From assembly GCA_010909165.1 (NCBI GenBank), contig MU008170.1:1178001-1242000 (forward strand): a DNA stretch of 64,000 nt, written 5' to 3'. The stretch comes from Anthoceros angustus (lineage: Eukaryota > Plantae > Anthocerotophyta). The translations under genes and the position numbers were made by a program. Each line of letters begins with the position of its first letter. Position 1 is the first letter of the stretch. The notes beneath the pieces were generated by a model. The model ran no database searches and was not told where the DNA came from. It saw only the letters and a program-made list of their open reading frames with translations. Positions 50,318 to 63,533 of the stretch are shown one piece after another.

Positions 50318-53300
50318 GCGACAACATCTAGCTTAGGCATCTAGGTTCCAGTCAACGACGCAATATGAGCCCTCAGGTGACAAAACTTGCTGGTGTATGC
50401 AACAACTTTTTCTCCTTCCCGCATTTTTAAACCATAGAATTCTTGTCGTACGGCACATAGCGACATCATGTTCTTCACATGATTCGTTGACTCCAAGTGT
50501 TTTCATATTTCAGAAGCTTCAGTGAGATATTCTACGTCGGGCACAAGGTTGGCATCAAGTCCCCCGATAAGCAAGGTGATGGAGATATTATTATGTTGTT
50601 CCCATTGTGCAATCTCACCGCAGAGGGAGGTGGAGTAGTGTTTGGATGAGGTTTCTTTTAGATCCGCCGATGATGCTCCAGACTCCACGCCAACAGCAGT
50701 GACTCCATCCGTAGGCTCCATACATGTTTACTGTGATTAGTTGAATGCATCAAGTTGTTGAAATTGACGCTAACGATCCGTGTATGTAGAAGAGGTCCCT
50801 ATGGACATATTGGCTTCACAAGACAACTTAGAGTTATGACTCTAGAAATTCATGTAAGCTTGATCCCATACAAGTTTGTATCCCATATACCGGAAACTAA
50901 CTTCAAACATGTAGGAAGGTTTGGTGTGGGGTCAGCTCAAGAAGGAGAAGGATATGAACATATCCTAGCCTACCCGTGTTGACCTCTCCATCAAACTTTC
51001 CCTTTGTTATGAATTTGTCAAACGCGCTGAGAAAACAATCGTTAGAGGACATGAACTATTTATGATTAGTTGAACGCGTTCATGACGGAAGAAAACCCTA
51101 ACCCTTTTGTCTTTCTTTCACTATTCATGAGCAGTTCAGATAGTTGGACCTATCACCTTCCCAATGAGAGAAGGTCTGAAGGGTGCAAGTTGCCATCACG
51201 CCGCTTCATATCCGGTTGATATCTTGCTTGCTTAGGTGTCTTTGAACAATGCTCTCCCCAAAGCAGAGCAGCGATCAAGGTGCTTTGGATTTACACAAAG
51301 TTGATCGAGAATTGCAGCCAATATCTTGCATGTTCGAGTTCAATCGCGCTTAATATGTATTATTTTGCGACATCCATCTTAATCGTTAGGGTATCAGCAA
51401 GGGAAGATGCACGCCTACCAAGATGTAAATCAGGCCTTCAAAAGATTATTAACCAATTTCCTCAACAAGATGATTGATAGTGTCTTTTCCCCGCCTTGCA
51501 CCAAACGACAGACATTACAATATGCTGACTGGACAAAAACATTGGCTAAGGTGTTAGTGGATGTTCAGTACACATCCTCCGCCTCTGCTTCAAACCATAT
51601 ATGGTCTTTAGCGCCACATGCTTTGTTTGGATGTGCATGATCCTCATACCTTCCTTTTGAACCATGTAAAGGTCTTCATCAAGAGAACCATATAAGAAGG
51701 CAATACAAACATCCATTTGATGTAAGTCGAGGTCGAGCAAGAACAGGGCTAGAATCATCCGCATAAATTACCATGCTAATCACATCCAACAAGACATCGA
51801 CCACGCAATACAAACGACATGGCATTAGAATCATTTGTCATAATTACACTTGTGCATCAACGACATTATATTAGCTACGAATAGCCATTCTCTGCTAACT
51901 CAAGTGAATACCATGCTAAGCACAAAGTATGAAATGAAGGATATTGGAGACCTGAAATTTTGTATTGGACTCCAACTTTTTCGTGTTCACACCGAAATTG
52001 CTCATCATCCACCGGAAGACGACATACAGTGACATACTTGTGAAGTTTCAGCTAGATCAAGCTCATCCTGCAATAACACCATCTGCAGTGGATGTTAAAC
52101 TCACTAGTCAGCAATGCAACAATGTTTCTCAGCATAGGGGTTTGTCTTCGAACCCCATTTTGGCCCCAACCATCCAGAAATGCACATGTCTCATTTCACT
52201 GTTTTCTTTGATTTGCGAACCCACAGCCCATGCATCCGAGCCCAAAAGAAGACCTAATGTGCCCACCATCCGCACAAATGCCGGACACACCTTTGTACCA
52301 AGTGGCCGGATGATCGCACTTATGCTCCAAAGAGGAGGCGCCGAACGTCCGCGACTTATACTCCAAAGAGGTGCAATACACCGGGTTTGGAGAGGGTTGC
52401 GTCAATACTTGTGTAGGCAAGCACTTTCGCTGTTGCTTGTGCACACTTGCCACCGCACCAACACTCACATCAATTCTCTTTTCAAACCCCGTGATTCGTA
52501 ATCCTGATGCATACCGTCCTGACCGGCCCCTCCGTGTGGAGATAAGCCGCACTTAGATCTGGCAGATTAGGCCTCATGCAGAATTGGACAAGGTAAAGGA
52601 TGGTGAGGCCTCCTCAACCGTTCTTGATCAAACTCTTCGTAGCTTACATTTCTTCTTGTCAAGTCCGCAGCTTTCAACCTTAATCTATCCATGGGTGGCA
52701 CATGGAGCAAGTCGATCTTAAATTCAAAATCTCATGAAGCTTGGCTATAGTTCGTCTCGAACACCTAGTCGCGCCCAGTAGTGGGCCACGGTATAGAGTC
52801 CTCCTTCGAGCCTCACCAAATACTCACCATTTGGTCAAAACCCCACTGGGCGATCAGCCCTCTTTCTTCAGATACCGGCTCTCACTAGGGCTCAGGGCTG
52901 TGCAGATGCTCTCTTATACTTGTGTTCGATCGCATCCGATGTGCTTTCATTACTCAAGGAAAAATCATCTATTCTATTTATTTTCTTGCTTCTCGCAAAA
53001 CATTGTGAAACATTGTCGCCTTCAAAAGGTTGGCCATTAGAAACCACCATCATACATGTCGAATTTTGGAAAATGTAGCTCATCTAGAAACCAAGGCCTA
53101 TGCATCTATACGTGCATCAAACTCGAATGAGCGGACATTTGACCAATCAAAGAGATCCAGCAAGTCATAGGGGCACATAGAGTAAGGCCAAAAGGTTTTA
53201 CATGTTGTATACAAAGCGAATGTGGGAATATAACATCAACCAACAAATGATTTTCAAAAATAATATTCATGACTTTACGCCTAGATACCGGGATGATTTA

Positions 53301-55776
53301 CAAATTTTTCAAACCACTAAAAATCAACACTCCATCCTGGTATTGATACGCCTCTAGGTTGCTTAACAGTGGAGTTGTTACAAAGTTTTCAAAGCGCCAA
53401 AAACAAGCAACCCATCCTAGTACTAATCCGACCCAAGAGTGCTTAACCGTGGAGTTCTCAAAGCACCAAAGTCAAGCACCCCATCCTAGTATTGATCCGA
53501 CCGGGTGCTTAACCTGGAGTTCTTATGCCATTGAGTCTATCTGCACCTATCCCAAGAAGCAAACAATATATATATACATTTATACCGGACGTCCGCATCC
53601 ACCATTTCCATCTTGACGCCCACAAGATTGGGGTCTTAAAATGCGCCGGACGTCGCAGCTTTAGCAGACGCGCCAATGTGCCGAACGTCCGCATTGTTCC
53701 AATTCCTTCTATGTTTTCACTCTAACAATGGAGATCCGTGGTTGTGTACTCACGTGCACCGACGTCCAACGCTACTTTTAGAGTCGTAGTTTGGTCCTCT
53801 CGAGATGGCCATGATTGCTATCGGTTAATGTTCTCTCACAATTGCGCGGACGTCCCGTAGGTTTTTCGCTTCAATTGCTACTTTTGTGTTGGTTGCGCCG
53901 GACGTCCGCATTTTGGCTTGGCTGGACTAATTTTGTTTGGTTTGCCTACTGCTCACCCCGCTAGGAAGTACTATCGAAAGAGGTGTTTAGGATTCCTAGC
54001 ACCGTTAAAATCCTTGAAATCCCTTCCTTGTGAAGGTGAAATCCATGAACCTTCTTCGGCTTAAACCTCATAGCATAAGTATTCACGAGAAAATAACATG
54101 GTCAATGTCTTTCAGTACATGTTTCAAGAGTGGTTTTGCTAAAGATGATGCATTTTGGCCCGTTTTCGAGGGTCATTTTTTGGTCTTTAGGGACCCAAAC
54201 CCCTTTAATAGAGAATAACCCCTATCTAGAGAGACGCTGCTATGCCCACAATCTGCAGAAGATAAGATAGAATGGCAGGGGTTCCTCACCATCATGCAGT
54301 CGGGAGTTTATTATTTGTTGCCAATTGGAGTCGTCCTGATATACAGTATTCTATTAGTACCCTGTCACAGTTTCTTGAGAACCCTGGCCGTGCACACTGG
54401 GTAGCAACCAAGCGAGTTTTCAAGTATCTAAAGAGTACTCAAACATATGGTCTATTTTACAAGAGGAATGGAACATAGACACTTATCTTAAAGGGTTTTA
54501 ATGATGCAGACTGGGCATCAGACGCAAACTCCAAGCTTTGTCTCTCTACGTAGTGTTTTCTTCTGGTTTGCAGCCGCAAACTGGAGTTGTAAGAAACAAA
54601 CTTCTGTAGCTTTATCCTCTACTGAAGAGGAGTATAAGAGCCTTACAGATTTTGCCAAGGAAGCTGAATGGGAATGTATCTTTCTGACTGATATAGGGCA
54701 ATGGCAGATTACTCCCACTCCTTTATTCTACAACAACGTGTTAGCTTTAGCCCGTGTTTCAATCCGAGGTTTCATGCAAGGACTAAACATGTTGAGATTC
54801 AACACCATGATATACGAGATGTTGCTGAACGAGGTGTAGTGAAAGTGGACTATGTGCCGATTAATGACCATATAGCGGATATCCTTACTAAGGCTTTGAC
54901 CAAGCACAAACACTATGCACATATGGCAGGGCTAGACTATCTGACCTTGCTGTCTTATTCACAAACCCAGTCTAGAAGATTGATGTTTGCCTCAGGGTGT
55001 TTCTGAAAGCTTGAGTTTCTTTCTTTTTCCATGATGAAGTGTCTAGCTAAGGGCTTCCTTCTTCTCCTTAGTCTAGCACTGTATCCAGTTACACAAAACA
55101 AACACTTAGTCAGTTTCTGATTGCAGAGGGAGTAAGGTTTTAGAAGGGGAAAGGCTTTCTTGCATAGATATGTAGATTGTGAAGCGGTGTCACTCTAGTC
55201 ATCTTCGCTCAATTCGTCCCTCGCCTTCTCCGAGTGAAACTGTTTCAACCAAGTGGTTTGAGGAGAGTCTGCGTCAAATCTTAAGTAGTTTTCGGCATTT
55301 TCACCTCTTGTGATACTTTTGTGGAGTAAGACTAAGGAGTGTTCCAACAGAGGTTGATGTTGAGGCGGATTCTGAATCCTCTTAGGCATTTGTAGGCTCC
55401 CATGCAATGTCGTTCTTCCCAATATTCTGGTTTTGCATGGCAAGGGAGCACTCTGCTATAGTAGACCTAGAGTAAAACGAATCTGAATCTTATCCACAGA
55501 GAAAAGCTCGGGCAGAAATAATGACTCTGTTCTCTGATGTCTATCAGAGTTGTAGCAATTGCTTGTCTCACTCACCTGCATCGCTTACCGAAATCTACGT
55601 AGCGGATATTAGGTAGTGCTCAAATAGATGTCAGATAGTAAGCAAATACTGTGGTGGTGGAGAGCAGCCTCCTCGATATCCAAGATTATTCTTACAAACA
55701 CCATTTCTGTTTGAGCTATCTGATCTCGGCATCTTATAGTGAAATTGTTAGAATCCTCAGTATAGCTCTGATATCA
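50318..55776. mobile_element. Scrambled Ty1/copia relic, copy 2 (interrupted by a hAT element)
   Basis: Starts GCGACAACATCTAGCTTAGG as at 23651 and has the same order: gag(-) 50318-50760, RT-N(-) ~51480-51790, RT-C/RNase H(+) 51850-52119 and 54240-54930, PBS(-) 55765-55776. Confidence 0.85.
52120..54239. mobile_element. Non-autonomous hAT-like element (2.1 kb) inserted in copia RT
   Basis: TIRs CAATGTTTCTCAGCATAGGGGTT / rc CAGCGTCTCTCTAGATAGGGGTT. Flanks CAATGCAA and CTATGCCC both derive from the single 8-mer CAATGCCC in the uninterrupted copy (~25445). Subterminal CGGACGTCCG motifs are present. Confidence 0.8.
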
Positions 55777-56048
55777 TGACACAAGAGCTAGAGAGTTAGG
55801 CTCGAGAGCACGCCAAGTTCTTACACAAGAATATCCAATTAATTAAATCAAACATACAAAATTGTATATAAGTGAATTTAAGTGTCCCTTCGTGTATTAA
55901 ACCCTAAGATGGCATATAACCTTTGTGCAAGCATATTATACAATGTAGTAAGGGTAACTACGACACTTAACAAAAAGGTCCTCTTACTTATGACCTACCT
56001 GGGAAGGACCTCCTCCTATCCTACCAACTAGTCTACCTATCCCTAACA
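55777..56048 (-). repeat. Complete 272-bp copia-type LTR (TGTTAGGG..TTGTGTCA)
   Basis: TG..CA ends, followed on the minus strand by the Met PBS and preceded by GAAAGAGGCCCG. The first ~90 bp recur at 30705 and 32935. Confidence 0.75.
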
Positions 56049-56149
56049 CGGGCCTCTTTCGTACAGCATTGAACAATTTACGCTGGGTAATATGCATGAC
56101 GATAGTAAGATAAAATAACTTTATAGGACTAAGTTCATTATTGAAATAA

Positions 56150-56934
56150 TATTATTTTAATAATATATTTTATATGGACTTAATCCATATAATTGATCCT
56201 TATAATACATGAAGTGTCCATCTTGGAAGATGGGCCACTTTTCACATATTTTTTGAAATACATGAAAAGTTAAAGGAATCTGCTTGATGACAAGTCCCTT
56301 TGTCTCCCACTTAGTACTTTTGCTAATATACTTAAACTACTTGTCCAACACATCATGTATTTGACGTCAAATATATTAGGAAAATAATTAGCTACAAAAC
56401 AAAGAAATTCTTCTTGTCTCGGTAATTCTTGACTGTGATGGTTTTAGCAAGTAGAAAATCGTAGGTTGGGTGGAAACCAATCCATTGCAAATTTTGATTA
56501 TGTAATATATTGCAGTTTGAATAGTTGTCAAAATGTTCAACATCGATGCCCATTATCCGGTGTTGATCAAAATCTATACCCTAGCAAGATTTATACTATC
56601 TTCGCATACATATCTTGGTCAAGGTTGATTCTAAAATTGAATTGCCATACCAAACTTCGCCTGTTTCTTTACAAGAGGTAGCTTTGCATTTTCATCGGCA
56701 AATGTAAGCCCTAGTTGGATTAACTTTAGTCTATCTACATTACCTTTAATCATTTGGTATTCATAGTCTTCTATGTAATAACATCGGGCACCACCACTAT
56801 GCAAATTTATCTATACTTATTATACGATATTGATGAATAATATGGAACCGGATAAAGTCTAATTCTTGTTCAAGATTGTAACCCCATACTTGTCTTATAA
56901 AAGGTACATCGACTTGTGATTTTGCCATAGTCAT
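56150..56934 (-). pseudogene. CAF1: Second CAF1/POP2-family deadenylase copy (inverted, small deletions including the DTEF motif)
   Basis: Reverse-complement match to 29609-30415: MTMAKSQVDVPFIRQVWGYNLEQELDFIRFHIIHQYRIISID.. and GTCHQADSF. The upstream region is also shared, to ~57765. Confidence 0.9.
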
Positions 56935-58627
56935 TATGGTTAGCGTTAAATGCTTTGGTATATATAATTTAATTACTTTTAGATTTCTCCGTAACTTATT
57001 GTTGCGTGAGACCTTCCTCAAGTTCGAAAGTTATGTCACACACCATAATAAAGTCAATAATTTTTTTCTTCAAGGAGAAAAAAAACGATAAAAAACAAAG
57101 AACTTTGGTCCAAGCGACACAAAAATAGACCTAGTTCAAAAGTAGATCTCAATGTATATCTTGAAGCAGAGGTTCTGAGTTGAGTTAAGTAAGTTATATC
57201 ACATATCATAATAAAATATAATATATCTTTTGTTCAAGGAGAAAAAAAGAACGAAGATCTCATATAAAGGGCAAAGCTCCAAGTCCACAAGTAACTTGAA
57301 GACATGCCTCCTGCTGGGGGTAAATCTTACATATGAATGTTTGAATGTATGACGTGGTTTCTGCAATATTTATACTCCTCTAAGGGCTCTTTTACTAAGA
57401 AGCTGCTTCCATTTTCGTAACCTTTCCTTATAAATACCTTCTAGCATTTTCTCATTCTAATCTAGAATTTTTATCTTTAGATTTCTTTGTTGGACACGTC
57501 TAATCTAAGCAATTTTTATTTTTAGATTTCTTTCTTGTACACCTCTAATTTAGGCCATTTTATGTTTAGATTTCTTTCTTTGACACCTCTAATCTAGGTA
57601 ACTTCCATTTTAGATGTCATTGTTAACATTCTTTTTTATTTTTTAGATGAAGAGCAACAAAGACTTTATGTAGTAAAAAGAGATACCTTCTCTTTTTAGG
57701 CTTATGTGTTGGACACCTAAGTTTCTTACTTTTATGCTACCAATACCAAATGTCATCAATGAGTTAACGTACGAGCGTAGGTGGCACGAGTATAAGGCAG
57801 GATAGGGTAGCTATATATGTCTTCTTTTAATGGACTAGATAAATAGGCCGAAATAGGAATTTAAGTAATTAGAGGCCAATTTGGGAAAATTAAAAATTAA
57901 AAAAAAGGAAAAATAGCATTTTAAGATAAGGCGAGGTCGGAAACTCCTATCAACGGTGGAGAAAAGGCCACGTGTTGCGCGTACAAGTGAAGGAGCAAGT
58001 TTGGAAGATTCTGTATCTAACCCGGATATTCATTCACGCCTCTTTCTCACTTGCATGCAAGGTTTTGACTCCGTAGCATGGAGGCACGAAACTTGAGCAA
58101 GCGCCGTCACAAGAGGAACCCACAGAGGAGCTCAACCGCGACACTAAGAGGAGCGCGCGCTTGTGTGAAGCTAAGGGAAGGAGGCACGAGCCAAGAAGGA
58201 GGAAATCAAGTGGAAACGAGGTGGTGGTGAAGAAAGGAGAATAAAAGAAAGGAGCCAATTGCAAGTTGCTAGGAAGCGTAGAGGATTTGTCCAAGCTTGG
58301 GAGAGTGGCATGAGGATCAAAGCTCACCAAGATTGGGGAAGAACTGTGGAGAAGAAGGTTGCCAAGCTTGCTTGGAAGGTATAAGAGCCTATGGGCACTC
58401 TTAAAGAAATTCTCTTTTTGAAGTCACAGGGAGTTGGAAACTTGTGCTAGGAAAACAAGGTTGCAGGAGCAAGGAGAGTTGTGAGTAAGGGCGAGGTCAA
58501 GGACGTGCTTTGAGTGTGGAAATTATAAGGGAGGAAGCTTACCAATCGGGGTAGGAATCTGGCAAATAGTGTAATAGTTGCAAGAAAAGTGACCTTTTTT
58601 CTCAACTTTATGCAAGAACTCAATAAA

Positions 58628-60200
58628 CAGTGTTTCTCAGCATAGGGGTTTGTCTGCGAACCCCATTTTGGCCCCAACCATCCAGAAATACACATGTCTC
58701 ATTTCACATTTTGGTGATTTGCTAACCTGACCCATGCATCCGAGCCCAAAAGAAGACCTAATGTACTTACGTCCGCACAAATGCGGACACACCTTTGTAT
58801 AAGTGGTAGGATGATAGCACTTATGCTCCAAAATTTGAGTCATGAGCACAAGACTATACTCAAAGAGGTGCAATACTTTGGGTTTGGAGAGGGTTGCGTC
58901 AATACTTGTGTAGGCAAGCACTGCTTCAAGTTGCTTGTGCACATACCGCACCAACACTCACATCAATTCTCTTTTCAAACCCCGTGATTCGTAGCAATCC
59001 CGATGGCGGGCATACCCCATGCCTAACACAGCCTCCGTGTCGAAGATAAGCCGCACTTAGATCTGACAAAGATTAGGCCCGCTGGACGAGAATTGGACAA
59101 GGTAAAGGATGGTGAAGCCTCCTCAACCGTTCTTGATCAAACTCTTCAGAGCTTACATTTCTTCTTGTCAAGTCCATACCGCTTTCAACCTTAATCTATC
59201 CATGGGTGGCACATGGAGCAAGTCATATCTTAAATTCAATTTTTTCAAACCACTAAAAATCAACACTCCATCCTGGTATTGATATGGCTCTAGGTTGCTT
59301 AACAGTGGAGTTGTTACAAAGTTTTCAAAGCACCAAAAACAAGCAACCCATCCCAATACTAATCCGACCCAAGAATGCTTAGACGCAGTTCTCAAAGCAC
59401 AAAAGTTAAGCACACCATCCTAGCACTGATCCGACCCAGGGGTGCTTAACCTTGGAGTTCTCATGCCAGTCTGCGTATCTCCACCCTTGCCCGAGTGGAT
59501 GCTATTCAAGGAATACAAACAATATATATACACTTGCGACGGACGTCCGGCGCATTCACTCCACCATTTCCATCTCTGGGCCGCAAGATTGGGGTCTCTG
59601 AAAATGCGGACGTCCAGCGCCTACTGCTGCCAATGTGCGACGTCGTCGAACTTTAGCATCGCGTAATGTCTTGAACGTCCGTATGATTCCAATTCCTTCC
59701 TATGTTTTCACTCTAACAATGGAGATCCTGTGGTTGTGTACTCACGATGCAGGCGTCCAGCCTACTTTCTAGAGTCGTAGTTTGGTCCTCTGAGATGGTC
59801 ATGATCGCTATCGGTTAATGTTCTCTCACACAATTGTGCCGAGACGTCCGTGCAACGCACTAATGTAGGTCATGGCCGAAAGAAGGTTTGGTTGGACTAG
59901 TTTTGTTTGGTTTGCCTCACATTCTTAGGAAATGCGCCTTAGGTGTTTAGGATTCTAGCACCGTTAAAAATCCTTGAAATCCCTTCCTTGTGAAGGTGAA
60001 ATCCGCGAACCTTCTTCGGCTTAAACCTTGTTAGCATAAGTATTCACGAGAAAATAACATGGTCAATGTCTTTCAGTACATGTCTAAAAAGTGGTTTTGC
60101 TAAAGATGATGCATTTTGGCCCGTTTTCGGAGGTCATTTTTTGGTCTTTAGGGACCCAAACCCCTTTAATGGAGAATAACCCCTATGTTGAGAGACGCTG
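58628..60200. mobile_element. Second copy of the hAT-like non-autonomous element (1.57 kb)
   Basis: TIRs CAGTGTTTCTCAGCATAGGGGTT / rc CAGCGTCTCTCAACATAGGGGTT and degenerate 8-bp TSD TCAATAAA / TTAATAAG. Lacks ~580 bp present in copy 1 (~52725-53305). Confidence 0.8.
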
Positions 60201-60574
60201 TTAATAAGGAAGCCATGACAAGGCCTTCCAAAGCAAAGGGAAATGAGGTGGCCACTAAGACCAAGACGCTCACAAAGGAAAGCGGGGCAGGCAAACGAAA
60301 GAAGCCTAAGGCTGGGAGTTGGGACCCCGTAGGATGGAAGGTAGATATGCCATAATTCACGTGCTTTTCAGGGCAATTGTCTTCAAAGGACCTCGCAGTT
60401 TTCTGGCCTTGGGCAGCGGAAGAGAACACTCAGCTAGATTGGGTGTATGGAAGACATTGGGCATATTCAAACTTAGAATTGATGGAGGAGTGTTATGTCA
60501 ACTTACACCAAATGGAGGAGGCACTGACAGCCTTACCTGAGAGGAATGCTAGGACAGATCCACGGTGTTAGACA

Positions 60575-61060
60575 ATGAGGAGCATTAGGCAGGTGTATGG
60601 GCGACCGGATATTGAAGACAGTGGAATTGCTCTCATGGAGAGGACTAATGGTGGGAAGCGGACTCCCACACTACCTTTGCCTAAGGAGGCTTTAGCACTT
60701 ATGGAGAGGGGTGATAAGGCTAAATCCAAGAATGGTTGGAGGACGGACCAGGTGGCGGAGCTTAAGTGGAGGTTGCTTGCAAAGATTGTCTTGGGACTAG
60801 TAAATTATCAACGCATCTCCTACTTCAGCAACACCTTCTTACACTTTTTGTGGAAGGTGACGCAAGGACAAAAGCCGGATTTGGGGCTTATCATGTATGA
60901 GGCCCACATACATCACGGGGAGAAGCTCCTCAAGCCAAATGCTGCGGATGAAAGAAGTGCCCACCACTATTACCTCAGCACTTATCTAGTGCACTTATGG
61001 GAGACAGATGGGTTGTTGACCAGAGAGGAGTTGGATGACTCTTGTTTATCTAAGGTCTGA
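60575..61060 (+). CDS. Retrotransposon accessory-type ORF (161 aa open) related to the family A LTR-encoded protein
   Basis: KSKNGW..WRLLAKIV..YFS..KVTQGQKPDLGLIMYE..YLSTYLVHLWETDGLLTREE parallels V.KGRK..GRIL..LISPFLVHLY..CL in the LTR ORF. Confidence 0.45.
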   Translation: MRSIRQVYGRPDIEDSGIALMERTNGGKRTPTLPLPKEALALMERGDKAKSKNGWRTDQVAELKWRLLAKIVLGLVNYQRISYFSNTFLHFLWKVTQGQKPDLGLIMYEAHIHHGEKLLKPNAADERSAHHYYLSTYLVHLWETDGLLTREELDDSCLSKV

Positions 61061-63533
61061 GGTAGAGAGGCCTTGCCTGTCGTCATAAGGGAGACTCCAG
61101 TAGGACGAGCTATGCCTAGCTCAATCATGCCAACCTGAGTAACCAAGCTCATGGGAGAACAGGAAGGAGAAGGGATGGCACCAGGGCCATCTGAGTTGCT
61201 GCAGTTGGAGGAGGGAATGCCCTCAAGGGAGCCCCAAGGGGAGGCTCTAGGAACATAGGAAATTCGGGCCAAAGAGGGCCAAGAAATGGGTGGAACCACC
61301 GTGGTATGTACACCACCTACCACGGTAGGTGCTATGCCTACGAGGGTAGGTACCATACCTATCGTGGTATGGACCCCAGGGGGTCACTCAGCGAGGCCAC
61401 CTACGACGGTAGGGAGGCCACCTACGTCAGTAGGAAAGCAACCTATGATGGTAGGTAAGAAGAAGGAGGGCAAACTTGAGGCTCTCATCAACGTGCTAAC
61501 AAGTTGGCCAACCAAAATGATGCTAGAGGTTGCAGCCAGTAGACTTAGATGCCAGGACTTAAATACTGGCGGTAGGAAATAATAAAATATTGGGAAAGGT
61601 GGCCTGCAGCAGGGTCATGTCGTGCCACAGCCGCATAGCAGGCATGGACGCACATGTTATGCCATCAAAAAGTTTCAACCACTTCCTACGGGACTCCGTG
61701 ACCTACACCCTTAACTACAGGAGCTGTCACTACATCCGTATCACGACGCTTGCAAATGGCAAGAATCACTCTATTTGGAACGGCTCTCCTCCTATGCACA
61801 CACCACAGGTGAATCACACACAAGGTACACCAAAAACGCTTGGGATCTGTATGGCTGTTCTCTTGAATCAGACATCAACAATCGCTCCCAATGATTCTTT
61901 GGATTTTTAGCCTACACGCCGATCTTAATCAGGAATTAGAAGAAGGAGCCGTGAAATTCACTGCAGCCGGAAGATCTTCGGCCGAGCCTTAATTCATGTG
62001 ATACGGCAGTGGCTCATGTGCCATGATGCCATCCTATCTCTATACTCATGCCATGCATCACGCCATCACATTCACGGTGTCGCATGCGGTCATGGACCAC
62101 CACTTATCCCCACGCACTTATAATGAGACACACACGTTATCACAGACCCTACACCTTATCCCTACCTCTATATGCCATGACAAGTCGCGCCCATGTCCTG
62201 GCGGCATGGGCCATATTATGCCATCAAAAGTTTCAACCACTTCTCGGACTCGTGATACCACCCTTAACTTACATGTCCACCATCCTATCTGGCAACACGC
62301 TTGATTTGCCCAGTTGGGCTGCTCGAAAAAGTGTTGTGCCGACCACTTTGGCCTCTATGCCATAGATGCGTCGATAAAACCTCAAACATGCGGTCTCGAA
62401 CACATGGTTGACGGTTTGTCATCTCCATTCTTCATTGGCCAACGCGGCCTACGCCAATCTTCGGTCAAAATATTCATCCACTGCGCTTTGCCCACCCACG
62501 CTCCTTTGCTCGATGTCGGGCCCAGGCTCCCTTCTTCATCACTATCCGATTCGGTCTTCCTCGGCGGTGCGGCCCGTTCAAACCATTCACATATCTTATT
62601 TTCGATGCTGGAGCCCTGAAAATCCCCACATTGTCATTGAGCAGATACCAAGATTCCAAAGTGGCCTCATCCCATTGCAACACTCTTGTGCGTAGGCAAG
62701 CAAACACCCTATAAAAAGCTCGTGGGTAACCAATGGCAAAACGCCCCGCTTTCTCTCTATGCAGATGACTTAACCACACTTTCAGACTTCGCAAGTCAGC
62801 TGACTTCTCTTTGTGCCTGTACATCAGGAACCCTTCTTTGGGCCAGTGATCAAACACTTGATGCATGAACAGATGATGTTCCAATTTTCGGAATGCCCCC
62901 TCCACTTAACTAGTCCATACGAGCTTTGCTGTCATGCCCTGCGCCATTCAAAAGATCCAGTGATCATAAGGAAAACTTTCAATGTTGCGGGTCTCATGAT
63001 GTGATTCTACATACAGCAAAAAGCTTGTAACTCGAAATGTCTCAGGTCGTTCGGGCTTGCGTGCTGATACTTACCAAGGCGTCTTCCATTTGTCTTCCAT
63101 GAGTACATGAAGGCTGTGGAGCGCTAGTGCTCATTCAACCACGACTTGCAAGTGTGGTCGCTTCCATATCCATGTTAGCAATGCATCGTTAATCGTGGAA
63201 TCCTCATGATACTCTCACAATTGGAGGACGGGTACCTTCGGTGTTGGTCAAACAACCACATGAACTGACTTGATTTTGGAAGATTACCTATGTTCGTAGC
63301 TGACTTTGCCAAGCGAGTGTCAAGCTTGCCAATCAACACATGCTGTCCGATTGATATTTGAATCAACCGTCTCACACCCGCGATCGTTCGGTCATAGGGT
63401 TGGTTATGTGGCAAGCAGTCATGCACTCCACGCTTTGCTCATTGCTTCTTGATGCCGCAACCACCCTGGCACTTGCTCTCCACGTCCCAGTCCCTCTTTG
63501 ATAACCTCCTTCTCACTTTGTTGTTACTTGAGG

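Noticed and set aside
57765-58620. LTR-like purine-rich segment
   Set aside because: No termini, TSD or second copy could be identified.
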